Below, one piece after another: positions 39,536 through 52,611 of a stretch of 64,000 nucleotides of DNA (positions within the stretch are counted from its first letter, which is position 1; every line of letters starts with the position of its first letter). A model generated the notes under the pieces. The model saw only the letters and a program-made list of their open reading frames with translations, was not told the DNA's origin and searched no databases. Source of the stretch: an uncultured Chloroflexia bacterium. Its GTDB lineage: Bacteria > Chloroflexota > Limnocylindria > Limnocylindrales > CSP1-4. Location of the stretch: contig CAVWPX010000003.1 of NCBI GenBank assembly GCA_963757055.1, positions 1,986 to 65,985 of the forward strand. The letters are read 5' to 3'. The translations under genes and the position numbers were made by a program.

Positions 39536-40772
39536 ATGACCACCGAACGCTCCGCCGCCGGCCTGCTGCGTGCCGTCGGCCTCCTTCCCGACGGTCCCGT
39601 GGTGTGGGGCCGGCCCGTCCCGCCGACGAACGCCGGCGTCTTCGTCATCGAGCTGGCGGAGCCGCGACCATCGGCCCCGATCGAGCTCGCGCGGATCGGG
39701 AAATGGATCGAGCGGGTCCCGGAGCTGCGCCTCGACGGCGAGCGGCCGACGTCGAAGGCCGTGGCCGCCCGCCTCTCGGCGTTCTGGCTCCCATCCGAGC
39801 CGGTCCTGTACATCGGCACGAGCGAGCACTCGATCAGCCGGCGGGTGGCCGCGATCGGGGCGACGGCGCTCGGCGACCGCCGGCCCTATTCCGGCGGCCA
39901 CTGGCTGCACGCCCTGCGGATGCCGGCCGGCACCCGCGTCTGGTGGGCCGCGACGCCCGCCGTCGAGGAGTACGAGGACGCGCTGCTCGCGGAGTTCGCC
40001 GCCGGGGTCGCCGACGCCGAGCGGGCGGCCCTCCCCGACCGGGACGTGGTCCTGCCGTTCGCGAACCTGCGCCAGGTGACCGGCGAGCGCAAGGCGACCG
40101 GCCTGACCGGATCGCTGCTGCCGGAACCGGTGGAGGCACCGCGACCGCCGACGCGCGTCGTCGTCGTGCCCGATGGCGATGCCGAGGGCGCGGACGGCTC
40201 CCCTGCCCCGAAGCGCGGACGAGCGCCCGCGAAGGCCGCGACGGCGCGTACGACGGCAGGCCGCCGCGAGCGCGGCCGCCGCGACGGCCACCCCGACGCC
40301 CGAGGTCGCGCCGCCGGTCGAAGGCGCGCTCACGGTCGAGGGCGCCGAGCGGCTCCGCGCCGAGCTCGACACCCTGATCAAGGTGAAGCGCCCCGAGGTG
40401 ATCGCCCGGATCCGCTCCGCCAAGGAGCTGGGGGACCTCAAGGAGAACGCGGACTACTCCGCGGCCCGCGAGGAGCAGTCGTTCCTCGAAGGACGGGTCC
40501 AGGCGCTCGAGGCGCGGCTCCGGACCGCCGTCATCGTCGACGCGCCGGCGGCCGGGGCACGGATCGGGCTCGGGTCGGCGGTCAGCGTGCGCATCGACGG
40601 CGAGGACGTGGTCCTGACGATCGTCGGGTCATCGGAATCGAACCCGGCCACGGGCCGGATCTCGTCGGCGTCGCCGGTGGGCCGGGCGCTGCTCGGCCGC
40701 GAGGCGGGCGACGAGGTCGTCGTCACGACGCCAGCCGGCGCCCAGATCTACAAGGTCGTGTCCGTCGCCTGA
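39536..40772 (+). pseudogene. greA: transcription elongation factor GreA with ~240-aa N-terminal extension (apparent fusion; one frame switch near 40255)
   Basis: The GreA part (LTVEGAERLRAELDTLIKVKRPEVIARIRSAKELGDLKENADYSAAREEQ...) has no plausible start of its own. The upstream frame from ATG 39536 joins it through an Ala/Thr/Pro linker. Length is 3n+1. Confidence 0.6.
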
Positions 40773-40847
40773 CGCTGCGCGCCGCCGGCGGTCCGGCCAG
40801 GCGCGGCGTACGCGCGCAGTCTGCGCCGGCTCGCGCCGCGGCGCGCC

Positions 40848-41501
40848 CTAGATCAGCTTGTGTTCGACGGCGTAGAGGGCTGCCTGCGTCCGTGAGGCGA
40901 GACCGAGCTTGCCGAGGATGTTCGAGACGTAGGTCCGGGCGGTGCGTTCCGTGATGAACAGCGCGGACCCGATCTCCTTGTTGCTCATCCCCTGCCCGAG
41001 CAGCTTCAGGACGTCCTTCTCGCGCTCGGTGAGGGGCTCGGCCAGCTCGTCGTCGGGCGACTTGCGGTTCCGCATCCGCTGGGCCAGCAGGCGGGCGACC
41101 GCCGGATCCAGGTGGACCTCGCCGGCATAGGCCGCGCGGATCGCCGCGGCGACCTCCTCGGCCTCCGCGTCCTTGAGGACGTAGCCCGAGGCGCCGGCCT
41201 CGAGGGCGGCCGTGACCTTCTCCTCCTCGATGAACGAGGTCATGGTCACGATCTCGATGTCGGGGCGCTCTTCCTTGATCCGCGCGATGGCGGTGATGCC
41301 GTCCATGTTCGGCATCAGCAGGTCCATCAGGACCACGTCCGGCTCGAGGCGGCGGGCGACCGCCACCCCCTCGGAGCCGTCGGCGGCCTCGCCGACGACC
41401 TCGATGTCGGGCTGCAGGTCCAGGAAGACCTTGAGACCGGTCCTGACGACGGCATGGTCGTCGACGATGAGCACGCGGATGGGGGGCTCAGGCTCGGGCA
41501 C
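40848..41501 (-). CDS. NarL/LuxR-family response regulator
   Basis: GGAGA then GTG 41501. REC domain (VLIVDDH, VLMDLLMPNMDG, KDA) and LuxR HTH LTEREKDVLKLLGQGMSNKEIGSALFITERTARTYVSNIL. Confidence 0.85.
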   Translation of the reverse strand: MPEPEPPIRVLIVDDHAVVRTGLKVFLDLQPDIEVVGEAADGSEGVAVARRLEPDVVLMDLLMPNMDGITAIARIKEERPDIEIVTMTSFIEEEKVTAALEAGASGYVLKDAEAEEVAAAIRAAYAGEVHLDPAVARLLAQRMRNRKSPDDELAEPLTEREKDVLKLLGQGMSNKEIGSALFITERTARTYVSNILGKLGLASRTQAALYAVEHKLI

Positions 41502-41589
41502 GTGATCTCCTGGCGGCGGGGCGCCACGGCATGGCTCGCGGTCGGCGAGCGCGTTCGAGTCTATCAAAGCGGGATGCGGCCACGGCCCG

Positions 41590-42018
41590 TCAGGCCGGCC
41601 GGCCGGACGCCGTCCAGATCGCGGCGATGAGGTCGTTCGGACGGAAGGTCTTGCGGATGAACCCGTCGCTCGCGGCGACGAGCGCCGGGTCGTCGAGGGC
41701 CTCGCTCCAGCTCATCACGACGATCCGGACGGCCGGGTCGCGCGCCCGGATCCGCTCGATGAAGGCGAGACCGCCGGCCACGTCCGGCAGGCGCGGATCG
41801 ACGATGACGACGTCCGGCGACTCGGCCGCGAGCAGGTCCAGGGCCCGGGCGGGCTGGCCGGCACTCCCCACGACCACGAGCTTGCGGCCGATGGCGAGGA
41901 GGCCGGAGAGGCTCTCGCGGACACGATCGTCCGCGTCCACGACGAGCACCCGGAGCGGGTCCTCGGTCCCGGACGCAGGGTCGTGCATCGGCCCATGGTC
42001 GCGCCGCCGCCCGTGCAC
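41590..42018 (-). CDS. single-domain (REC-only) response regulator
   Basis: VLVVDADDRV, VVIVDPRLPDVAGG, FIRKTF. Alternative start at 41988. Confidence 0.75.
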   Translation of the reverse strand: MHGRRRDHGPMHDPASGTEDPLRVLVVDADDRVRESLSGLLAIGRKLVVVGSAGQPARALDLLAAESPDVVIVDPRLPDVAGGLAFIERIRARDPAVRIVVMSWSEALDDPALVAASDGFIRKTFRPNDLIAAIWTASGRPA

Positions 42019-42074
42019 GCGGAACGGACGCTCGACGACGTGTCCCTCGGCCGAACGACGGTCGTCCGCCTACG

Positions 42075-45000
42075 TCATCGGTCGCGGATGGATCCGCTCG
42101 GCATCTCCCCGAGGCGCGCGTCGGGCACGGCATGCTCCGGGTCCTCGACCACGACCTCGATGGTCGTCCCCTTCCCGATCTCGCTCCGGCAGCTGAACGT
42201 GCCGCCGATCCGGGCGGCCCGGGCCTGCATCCCGGCGAGCCCGAGGTGGCCGTCCGGGACCTGGCTCGGGTCGAAGCCCTTGCCGTCGTCAGCGATGCGC
42301 AGGCGCACCGCGTTCGGCGTCCGCCGGATCTCGAGGTGGACCTCGTGGGCGCCGGCGTGCTTCACGACGTTGTGGAGCGCCTCCTGGGCGATCCGGTAGA
42401 GCGTCTCCTCGACGGGGAGCGGCAGACGCTCCTCGAGCGAGCTCTCGACGACGACCGGCAGCCCGATCCGGCCCTGCAGCGACGCGGTGTGCGTCTTGAT
42501 CGCGCGGACGAGCCCGTCCTGCTCGAGGTTGCCCGGGCGCAGCTCGAAGATCAGGGCGCGCATCTCCGCGAGCGCCTCGCGCTGGAGCTCGCGCAGCTGG
42601 GTGAGCTGGGCCCGGGCGGCGTCGGCGTCGCGGTCGAGCAGCATCTCCACCGAGCGCGACACGAGCGTCATCGAGAACAGCGCCTGGGTGACCGAGTCGT
42701 GCAGCTCGCGGGCCAGGTGGGCGCGCTCCTCGCCGGCGGCGAGCTCGCCGGCCTGCTGGCGCAGCCCGCGTTCGAGCCGGTCGCGATCGGACACGTCCCG
42801 CGCGGCGCCGTGCGCCCCCGCGAAGCGGCCGTCCTCGACCATGCCGATGCCGTTGATCTCGACGAGGACGTCGTGGCCGTCGGCGTGGCGGAAGGGCAGC
42901 CGCGAGCGGTGCACGGACCTGGGATGACGGGACAGCCACTTGAAGCGGACCTCGGCCTCGCGGCGGGCCGACTCGGCGAAGACGTCCCAGTACGGCCGCC
43001 CGATCAGCTGCGGCGCCGGCGTGCCGAGGATCGACTCGGCGGCATCGCTCACGAACACCAGCTGGCCCTCGGCGTCGGTCACCCAGACGAGGTCCGGCGA
43101 GGACGAGACGAGATAGCGGTAGCGCTCCTCGGACGAGCGCAGCTCGCGCTGGAGGCGCTCGCGCTCGGAGATGTCGCGCGTCGAGCCGTGGATGCCCGCG
43201 AAGGACCCGTCATCGGCGGTGATGCCGATCGCGTGGATCTCGACGGGCGTCATGCGGTCGTCCTTGCCGATGAGGACCAGCTCCGAGACCTGCTCGCTGC
43301 TCGGGTCGGCGATGAGCTTCTCCCAGCGGTCGGCCGCGAGCCCGGTCGACGACGGGTCGACGACCGTCGTGAAATGCCGATGCGTGAGCTCGGCGGCGGT
43401 GAACCCGGTCAGCCGCTCGATGGCCTCGGACAGATACGTGAACATGCCATCACGGTCGGTCGCGAAGACCACGTCGGGCGAGTTCTCGACGAGGAACCGG
43501 TAGCGCTCCTCGGACGCGGCCAGCTCGCGGGCCAGTCGCTCCTGCTCGCCGACGCCGCGGACCGTCCCCTGCACGCCCGCGAAGACGTCGTCCTCCCAGA
43601 CCGACACCGAGGTGATCTCGCCCGGCAGCGTCGACCCGTCGCGATGGCGGAGCATGTATCGGAAGCGCCGGACGACGTCGCGCTCCGCGTGCTGCTGCTC
43701 GAAGTTCGCGAGCGCCTCCGGGAGCGACTCCTCGGCGGTGAAGTCCGCGAAGGACAGCCCCATCGCCTCGTCCGCGGTCCAGCCGAACAGCGCCTCCACG
43801 CCCTCGGCGATGAACACGAACCTGCCGTCGGCGTCCGTGCGGTAGATGACGTCCGGCGACGTCTGCACGAGCTGGCGGAAGCGGACCTCCGACTCGCGGA
43901 GCTCGCGCTCGAGGCGGTCGCGCTCGCGCATGTCGCGGACCGAGCCGTTGGCGCCCGCGAACCGGCCGTCCTCGCCCAGCCTGGCCGTGGCGATGAACTC
44001 GGCCGGGACGGGCTCGCCGTCCGGGCCTTCGACGTTGACCCGGCCGCGGATCTCCTGCGAGCCCGTGGTCATGCCGGCCGCGAAGTCGTACTCGGCGACA
44101 TCGCGCGACGAGCCGTGGACCAGCGCTCCGAAGTGCTTGCCGAGGAACTCGTCGGCCTGCCGGCCGGTCAGCCGCTCGACCGCGTCCGACAGGAAGGAGA
44201 AGCGGCCCTCGCCGTCGATCGACCAGACCAGGTCCGGCGCGTTCTCGACGAGATAGCGGTAGCGCTCCTCCGAGCTGGCGAGGCGGGTGAGCAGGTTCGT
44301 GTTGGTGATCGCGATGGCGGCCTGGTCGGCGAGCCCCTGGAGCAGGTCCAGCTCTTCGGGCTGGAACGCGCGCGGCTCCATCGACGAGACGGCGAGGGTG
44401 CCGATGACCTCGCCGCCCGGGGCGCGCAGCGGCGCCGCGGCCATGCCGCGGAGCGAAAGGCGGCCGGCGACCTCGGTGTCGTCCGTGTTGTGCGGGATGC
44501 GCGGGTCGACGAGGTAGTCGAACGTGGACACCGGCTCGCCCGCCTGGGCGGCCAGGCCGTTGATCCCGCCGCCGAGCGGGAAGCGCATGCCGAGCAGCCA
44601 CGCCTGCGTCGTGAAGTCCGCACCCCCGGCGACGACCACGGGCACCAGGTACGTGCCGTCATCGGACATCCGCGTCAGGTGGGCGCCGTCCGTGCCGAGC
44701 AGCCGCGCGGCCTCCTCGACCACCCGGTCCAGGATCACGTCCGGCTCGCGCAGGGCGGCGATCCGCGCGGTGATGTCGCGCAGCGACCGCTCGGTGTCCG
44801 CGCGGCGGGCCACGGCCCGGCGGGACTTCTCGAGCTCCTCGATGAGCCGGGCGTTGGTGATCGCGATCGCGGCCTGGTCGGCGAGACCGCCGAGGACGGC
44901 CTCGTCGATGGCATCGAAGGTGTTCGGCTTGCGGCTGAAGACCTCGATCGCGCCCAGCGGGCCGGCCTCGCCGATGATCGGAGCCGCGATGAGGTCGCGA

Positions 45001-48000
45001 AGGTCGGCGCCGGTCGCGAGCGAATCGGCGAGGTCGTCGTGGACGAAGTCCGCGGCGGCGAGGTAGTCGCCGACGCGGACCACGCGGCGCTCGGCGACCG
45101 CCTTGCCCGAGACGCCCTCGCCGAGGTGCAGCGACGTGAGCTTGACCGCCTGGCGCTGCCCCTCCGGGATCCCGGCGTCGTACGCCCATTCGAGCGTCTG
45201 GGTCTCCGGGTCGAACTGGTCGATCATCGCCCCGTCGCCGCGCAGCAGCCGCTGCGCCTCGTCGACGACGTGCTGGAGCAGGTCGCCGGGCTCGCGGATC
45301 GCGGTGATCCTGGCGGCGATCTCGCGCAGCGCGTGCTCCGCCTCGGCGCGCCGCTCGATCACCGCGCGCGACTTCGCGAGCTGGTCCATGAGCCGTGCGT
45401 TGCGGATCGCGACGGAGGCCTGCGTCGCGAGCGCGGTCAGCACCTCGAGGTCCGACTCGTCGTAATGCCCCGGCGCTGCGCGACACCACCGAGATCGTGC
45501 CGATCGGGCCGTCCTCGCCCATGAGCGGCGTCGACATCACCGCGCGGATGCGCATCCGCTTGATGAACGAGTCGATCTCCTTCGAGTGGTCGAACCGGTC
45601 GTCGGTCAGGTAGTCGGTCGTGAGGACCGCGCGCCGGTCCTTGAAGGCCATGCCGCCCACGGCCTGGCCGGGCTTGAGGCCGCCGGTCTTCGCCCATTTC
45701 GGCATCTTCGACATCGCGTCGCCCGCGGCGTACGACCAGCGCAGCGCGTCGATCTCCGGGTCGTACTGGTCGATGCGGGCGCCGTCGGACTCGAGGAGGC
45801 GGGCGGCCTCCTCCGTGATCTGCTGGAGGACCTCGTCCGGCTCGAGGATGGCCGAGACGCGGGCCGCGATCTGGCGCAGCGTCCGCTCCAAATCGGCCCG
45901 CCGGGCGATCTCCGCCCGGGACCGCTGGAGCTCCTCGATGAGCCGGGCGTTGGCGATCGCGATGGCGGCCTGGTCGGCCAGCGCGGCCAGGAGGTCGGCG
46001 TCGGTGTCGTCGAAGGCATCGACCCGGTCCGAGTAGGCGTTGATGACGCCGAAGACCTCGTCGCGGTGGATGAGCGGCGCGGCCAGCACCGAGTGGATGG
46101 CCGATTCGCGGACGAAGGCGTCGCGATCGGGCGTGTGCTCGAAGCGCTGGTCGTCGAGGTACTCGCCGGTCCGCGCCGTGGTCCGGGTCCGGATCGCCAG
46201 GCCCGAGACGCCCACGTCGGGGTCGACCTGGACGCTGTCGAGCAGGTCGAGGTTGGCTTCGGTCCGCGCCTGGACCGCGGGGTCGATCCAGGCCTCCGCC
46301 ATGCCCTGCCCGCCGATGAGGTCGATCGTGACGCCGCTGGCCTGGAGGAGGCGGGCCGACGCCTCGATGACCGACTGGAGGATCTCGCCCTGGTCGCGCA
46401 TCGCGCTGACACGGCCGGCGATCTCGCGAAGCGTCCGCTCGGCGTCGGCGGTCTGGGCGAGCTGGGCGCGCGACCGGCCGAGCTCGTCGATCAGCCGCGC
46501 GTTCGTGATGGCGATCGCCGCCTGGCTCGCCAGCGCGCCGACGAGGCCCGCGTCGGTCGGCGTGAACGCGCCGAGCCGCTTCGAGTAGACCTCGATGACC
46601 CCGAGCGGGCCTGCCTCGCCGGTGATCGGCGCGGCGATCATCGAGCGGAAGCCGGTGCGCTCGTAGAACTCCGTGGACTCGGGCGATGGCGGGAACTGGT
46701 CGACGAGGTCCCCGAAGGCGAGGACCACGCGGTCCTCGGCCACGGCCGTCCCGGTCGCCCCGACCCCGATGTCGATCCAGAGCTTGGACCGCTCCTCGTC
46801 GGTGAAGAGGTCGCGGACGCCGCTATCGAGGGACCAGTGGAGGTGGCCCGTCGCCGGGTCGAGGAGGTCGAGGATCACGCCATCGGCGCGGACCAGGCGG
46901 ACCGCCTGGTCGACGACGTCGCCGAGGATCTCGGTCGTGTCGCGCAGCACGGTGATCCGTGCGGCGATCTCGCGCAGCGCCTGCTCGGCCTGGGCGCGGC
47001 GGCCGAGGGCCTCGCGCGATTCGCCCAGCTCGGCGATGAGCCGCGTCGTGGTGATGGTGATCGCAGCCTGGTCCGCGATGGCGACCAGCAGCTGGGCGTC
47101 CGTCTCGCCCCAGGCGTCCTTCCGGCGGCTGAAGACCGTCACGGACCCGAACGGCCCGCTCTCGCCGATCAGCGGCGCGGCCATGACCGAGTGGCGGCCG
47201 GTACGGCGCACGAACGAGTCGCCGGCGTCGCCGTGCGGGAACGAGCGGTCGGTCAGGTAGTCGCCGGTCCAGACCGCGCGGGCGCGGAGCACAGCCTGCC
47301 CGGTGATCCCCTGGTCGATCGGCGTGTCGGGGTCGGGATCCCCTGGCCGACTCCCCGAGCCGATCGTCGACCCGAGATGTAGGCGCCCGACAGCTGGTTG
47401 GTGGCCGGCTCGATCAGGTCGACCCGGGCGCCGTCGGCGTCGAGCAGGCGAACGGCCTCGTCGACCGCGCCCTGGAGCACGGCCGGCAGGTCGGACGCCG
47501 CGCTGATCCGCGCGGCGATCTCGCGCAGCGAGCGCTCGACGTCGGCGCGAGCGGCCAGCTCCGCGCGCGAATGGTCGAGCTGCTCGATGAGCCGGGCATT
47601 CGCCATCGCGGCGGCGGCATGGTCGGCCAGCGCCCGGACGAGGGCGACGTTCGCCGGCGTTGAACGCGGCCACGCGGCTGCTGAACGCGCCGATCGCCCC
47701 GAAGACCTCGCCGCCGGTCACGAGCGGCGCGGCGACCATCGAGCGGATCCCGATGTCGTCGACGACCCGGTCGGTCGCGTCCGCGTGGTCGAAGGCCGGG
47801 TCCGCCAGGTAGTCGTCGGTCATGACGACCTCGCGCGTCGCCACGGCCTGGCCGAACATGCCGGTCCCGACCGGCAGCCGGATCGAGCGCACCCAGTCGC
47901 GGCTGCGCTTGCTCCGGATCCCGGCATCGTGGGCGAAGCGGAGGATCCCGGTCTCCGGGTCCAGGAGATAGACCATCGCGCCATCGGCCTCGAGGAGCCG

Positions 48001-48174
48001 CGCGATCTCGGCGACGGCCGCGATCAGCTGGTCGTGGATCTCGCCATGGCCGCCGTCCGGATCGTGGCTCCGATGGCCGTTGGCCGAGGTGGCCGCCGGC
48101 TCGGGCGCGACGGCGTCCGCGGCAGGATCGGGGGTCGGGGCGGCTCGTCGCGCGCGCCTGGTCTGGTTGGCCAC
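42075..48174 (-). pseudogene. giant sensor histidine kinase, 7 GAF + 4 PAS + HisKA_3 + HATPase_c (~2030 aa), 3 frame switches as assembled
   Basis: GTG 48174. ORFs 44659..48174, 47253..47606 and 42075..45443 join (switches near 47646, 47370, and C run 45468-45471). Repeated linker AAIAITNARLIEEL..R..ER.LREIAARI. HisKA_3 HLARELHDSVTQ. Length is 3n+1. Confidence 0.8.
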
Positions 48175-48404
48175 GACCCGAGGATACCGCCACGCCCGTG
48201 AGCACGGGCATGGCCGTTCGCCGATGGCGTCTACGTCATCCGGCCGATGCCCGACCCGTCGCCGGTGGACGTCCGGGCGGGCCGAGCGACGGCCACGACT
48301 TCATGTCCTCCGCCCACCGTCCGCGAGGGGCCGCCGCCGTGACGATGCCTCCCGACAGCCGGCAAGCCCGCCGGTCCGACAAACCACTCGAGGACGTACG
48401 CAAG

Positions 48405-48833
48405 ATGTTCGCTTCCCGCACCTCGCTCCGCCCCTCCGACGTGGCCCTCCGCGCGCTCATCGTGGCGCTGGCGCTGGGCACGGCCTACATCCACTCGACG
48501 CTGGGTGGCCTGCTGTTCACCCTCAACTCGATCGGCTACGTCACCGCCGCCGTCGCCATGGTCATCCCGCTCGCCCTCGCCGTCCGCTTCCGCTGGGTCG
48601 TCCGCCTGGGCCTCATCGGCTACGCGATGACGACGATCGCCGGCTGGGCCATCACGGGCCCGTACTACTCCACCGCCTACATCGCCAAGGCCATCGAGGT
48701 CGCCCTGATCGTCGCGGTCAGCGTCGACTTCGCCCGCCACGACGGCAACCCGGTGAACGTCATCCGCCGCGAGCTGGCCGCCTTCGGCTCGTTCGTCGCC
48801 GATCGCCGCGGGACCGCGGCCGCCGGCGCCTAG
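48405..48833 (+). CDS. integral membrane protein (about 4 TM, 142 aa)
   Basis: ATG 48405 within the listed 48198..48833 ORF. Hydrophobic segments ALIVALALGTAYI, LLFTLNSIGYVTAAVAMVIPLALAV, LGLIGYAMTTIAGWAI, AIEVALIVAVSV. Confidence 0.6.
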   Translation: MFASRTSLRPSDVALRALIVALALGTAYIHSTLGGLLFTLNSIGYVTAAVAMVIPLALAVRFRWVVRLGLIGYAMTTIAGWAITGPYYSTAYIAKAIEVALIVAVSVDFARHDGNPVNVIRRELAAFGSFVADRRGTAAAGA

Positions 48834-48866
48834 CCCACCACCCCGACCCGACAAGGAGCTCACGAC

Positions 48867-49247
48867 ATGCGTCGCCTGACCCTCGCCCTCGGCATGGTGG
48901 CCCTCGCCGCCGTCCTCGCCGCCTGCGGCGGCACCTCGGCCGCCGAGCCCACCACCGCGCCGTCCGGCGCGACCGCCGGCGACGCCACCATCGTCGCCAA
49001 GGACATCAAGTTCCAGCAGCCCCAGGTCGCCGTCAAGGCGGGGGCCCCGCTCGCGGTGGTCTTCGTCAACCAGGACGGCGCCCCGCACAACATCAAGATC
49101 TCCGACGCCGCCGGCAAGGAGGTCTTCAAGGGAGACATCGTCAGCAACGCGACCGTCACCTACCAGGTCCCGGCGCTCGCCGCCGGCACGTACACCTTCA
49201 TCTGCGAGGTCCATCCGGACATGAAGGGCACCATCACGGCCCAGTGA
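48867..49247 (+). CDS. cupredoxin (plastocyanin/amicyanin-like blue copper) lipoprotein
   Basis: AAGGAG before the ATG. Lipobox LAAC. Type-1 Cu ligands in APHN and FICEVHPDMKG. Confidence 0.8.
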   Translation: MRRLTLALGMVALAAVLAACGGTSAAEPTTAPSGATAGDATIVAKDIKFQQPQVAVKAGAPLAVVFVNQDGAPHNIKISDAAGKEVFKGDIVSNATVTYQVPALAAGTYTFICEVHPDMKGTITAQ

Positions 49248-49385
49248 CCGGTCGCATCGCCGCCGCGTGAAGGCTCGAACTCCCGCCGCTCCGATCGCCT
49301 CCGGCACCCGCCGGGGGCGATTCCCGTTCCGGGGCGCGGACGGCCGTGGCCCCGTACCGTCTCTGCGACAAAGGAGTCGCTCGAC

Positions 49386-50302
<917 letters not shown>

Positions 50303-50306
<4 letters not shown>

Positions 50307-51499
50307 GCCGCTGGCGCAGCATCTGGCTCGTCGCGCGACGGGAGATCCTCGAGCGCGGCCGCAGCCGCGGGTTCATCTTCAGCGTGCTGTTCACGACCGC
50401 GATCGTGATCGGCTCGTTCGCCCTGACCGCGTTCCTCCGCGGCGGCGACGCCCAGGTCAAGGTCGGGGTCGTCGTGCCCGCGCCCGCCGGCCTCGAGACC
50501 ACGCTCAAGGCCGCCTCGAGCGGGTTCGACAAGACCCTCGTCCTGACCGACTTCCCGGACCGGACCGCCGCCGAGGCGGCGCTCACCGCGGACCAGGTGG
50601 ACGCCGTCATCGACGTGCCCGCGGACCTCTCCTCCCCCGGCGAGGTCGTCTACAAGCAGGAGGCGGACCAGATCCTCCAGAGCATCGTCGGGGCGAGCGT
50701 CGTGAGCCTGCGCTCCAACGAGGTCCTGCAGGCCAGCAACGTCGACCAGGCGGCGCTCGCCCAGGCACACGTGCCGCCGACGGCCGTGGAGCTCGACCCG
50801 CAGACCGACGCCGACCGGGCGCGGTTCGTGTTCGCCAACATCAGCACGGTCCTGATCCTCGTCGGCATCTTCTCGTTCGGCTTCTCGGTCCTGACCGGCG
50901 TGGTCGAGGAGAAGCAGAGCCGCGTCGTCGAGGTCGTGCTCTCCACGGTCCGCCCGCGCGACCTGCTGATGGGCAAGGTCTTCGGGATCGGCGTCCTCGG
51001 GCTCCTCCAGCTCGCCGTCTTCATGGGCGCGGCCCTGATCGCGGCACGGCTGACCGGGTCCTTCGAGCTGCCCTCGACCACCCCGATCGGCATCGTCATG
51101 CTCGTCGTCTGGTTCATCCTCGGGTACACGCTGTACTCGACCGCGCTCGGGTTCCTGGGCGCCCTCGCGTCGCGGATGGAGGAGGCCTCGAACGCCTCGA
51201 CCCCGGTGACGATGATCGCGATGATCTCGTACTTCGTGGCGATCCTGTCGGTGCTCAACGACCCGACCGGGACCGTCGCGCGGATCGCGACCTTCCTGCC
51301 GCCGTCGGCGCCGATGGTCGTCCCGCTGCGCGTGGCGCTCGACGCCATCGAGCCGTGGGAGGTCATCGTCTCGATGGTCATCACGATCGCCGCGATCTAT
51401 GCCCTGTTCACGATCGGGGCACGCGTCTACGCGGGCGCCGTCCTCCAGATGGGCGGGCGGATCAAGCTGCGCGACGCCTGGCGGTCGGCCGGGAAGTAG
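50303..51499 (+). CDS. ABC-2 family permease (NatB-like, large first external loop)
   Basis: ATGA overlap with the ATPase gene. Intact 398 aa: N-terminal TM, ~150-aa loop, then 5 TM. Confidence 0.8.
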
Positions 51500-51561
51500 G
51501 GGCCGCGGCGCGGGGCGGCAGGCGTCGCGGCCGCGGGACGCGGCGCCCGCCGCGCACGGCG

Positions 51562-52605
51562 TCAGGCCGGGTCGAGCGGCTCGAACAGGCCCGGCCCGCC
51601 GCCGGCGTGCCAGAACAGGACGCGCTCGCCGTCGAGCGCGCCCGAGCGGACGAGGCCGAGCAGCCCGGCCAGCGCCTTCGCGGTGTAGATCGGGTCCACG
51701 AGGATCCCCTCGCAGCGGGCGAGGAGCCGGGTCGCGTCGTCGGCCGCGCCGCTCGGCCGGCCGTAGCCGTCGCCGAACGCCCGGTCGTCGAGCTCGATGG
51801 GCCGCGCGAGCAGGTCCGGCCTCGTGCGCCGCGCCCGCCATCGCGGCCAGGTCGCGGACCGTCGCCGCGATCGACGGGCGCAGCTCCTCCGCGGGTCGCG
51901 CGACCGTCATCCCGGTGACCAGGGCGTCCGACCCGGCCAGGGCGGTCCCGACGATCAGCCCGGCCTGGGTGCCGCCGGTGGCCGTCGGGAGCACGATCGC
52001 GGTCGAACGCGACGCCGGCGGCGCGGGCCTGGGCGTCCGCCTCGATCGCGGCCAGCACCTGCCCGGCCGCCCCGACCGCGCCGCTGCCCGCCCACGCCGA
52101 TGACGTACGGCCGCCGACCGGCGGCGCGCAGGTCGGCGACCACCTGCTCGACCATCGCCTCGCGCTCGGTGCGGTCGTCGGTCGCGGTCTGGTGGACCGC
52201 CGCCCCGAGGAGCCCGTCCAGCACGACGCCAGGGTTCGGCGGGTCCGTCGCCGGGCCGGACAGCACGAGATGGACCTCGAGGCCCGCCTGCGCGCCGGCC
52301 GCCGCCGTGAGCCGCGCGTGGTTCGACCAGCGTCGTCCGGTCGTGATGAGCGTGTCGGCGCCCTCGGCCAGCGCGGCCCCGACCAGGAACTCGAGGTTGC
52401 GCAGCTTGTTGCCCCCGAACGCGAGCGGCAGCAGGTCCTCGCGCTTGATCCACAGCTCGACGCCGCCGCCGAGCGCGGCCGACAGCCGCGGCAGCGGCGC
52501 CAGCGGCGACGGGCCGTCGAACAGGCGGTGCCGCGGCAGCGCGGCGATCCAGGGCGGGACGAGGGGGTCGATCGGCACGAGACGGATGGTAGCGGCCCGT
52601 ATCAT
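51562..52605 (-). pseudogene. PLP-dependent ACC deaminase / D-cysteine desulfhydrase family enzyme, about 3 frame switches
   Basis: LWIKREDLLPLAFGGNKLRNLEFL (PLP-lysine motif). Later pieces IVLPTATGGTQAGL... and ...DPIYTAKALAGLLGLVRSG...VLFWHAGGGPGLFE stop lie in other frames. Start may be GTG 52578. Confidence 0.65.
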
Positions 52606-52611
52606 CGCGGC

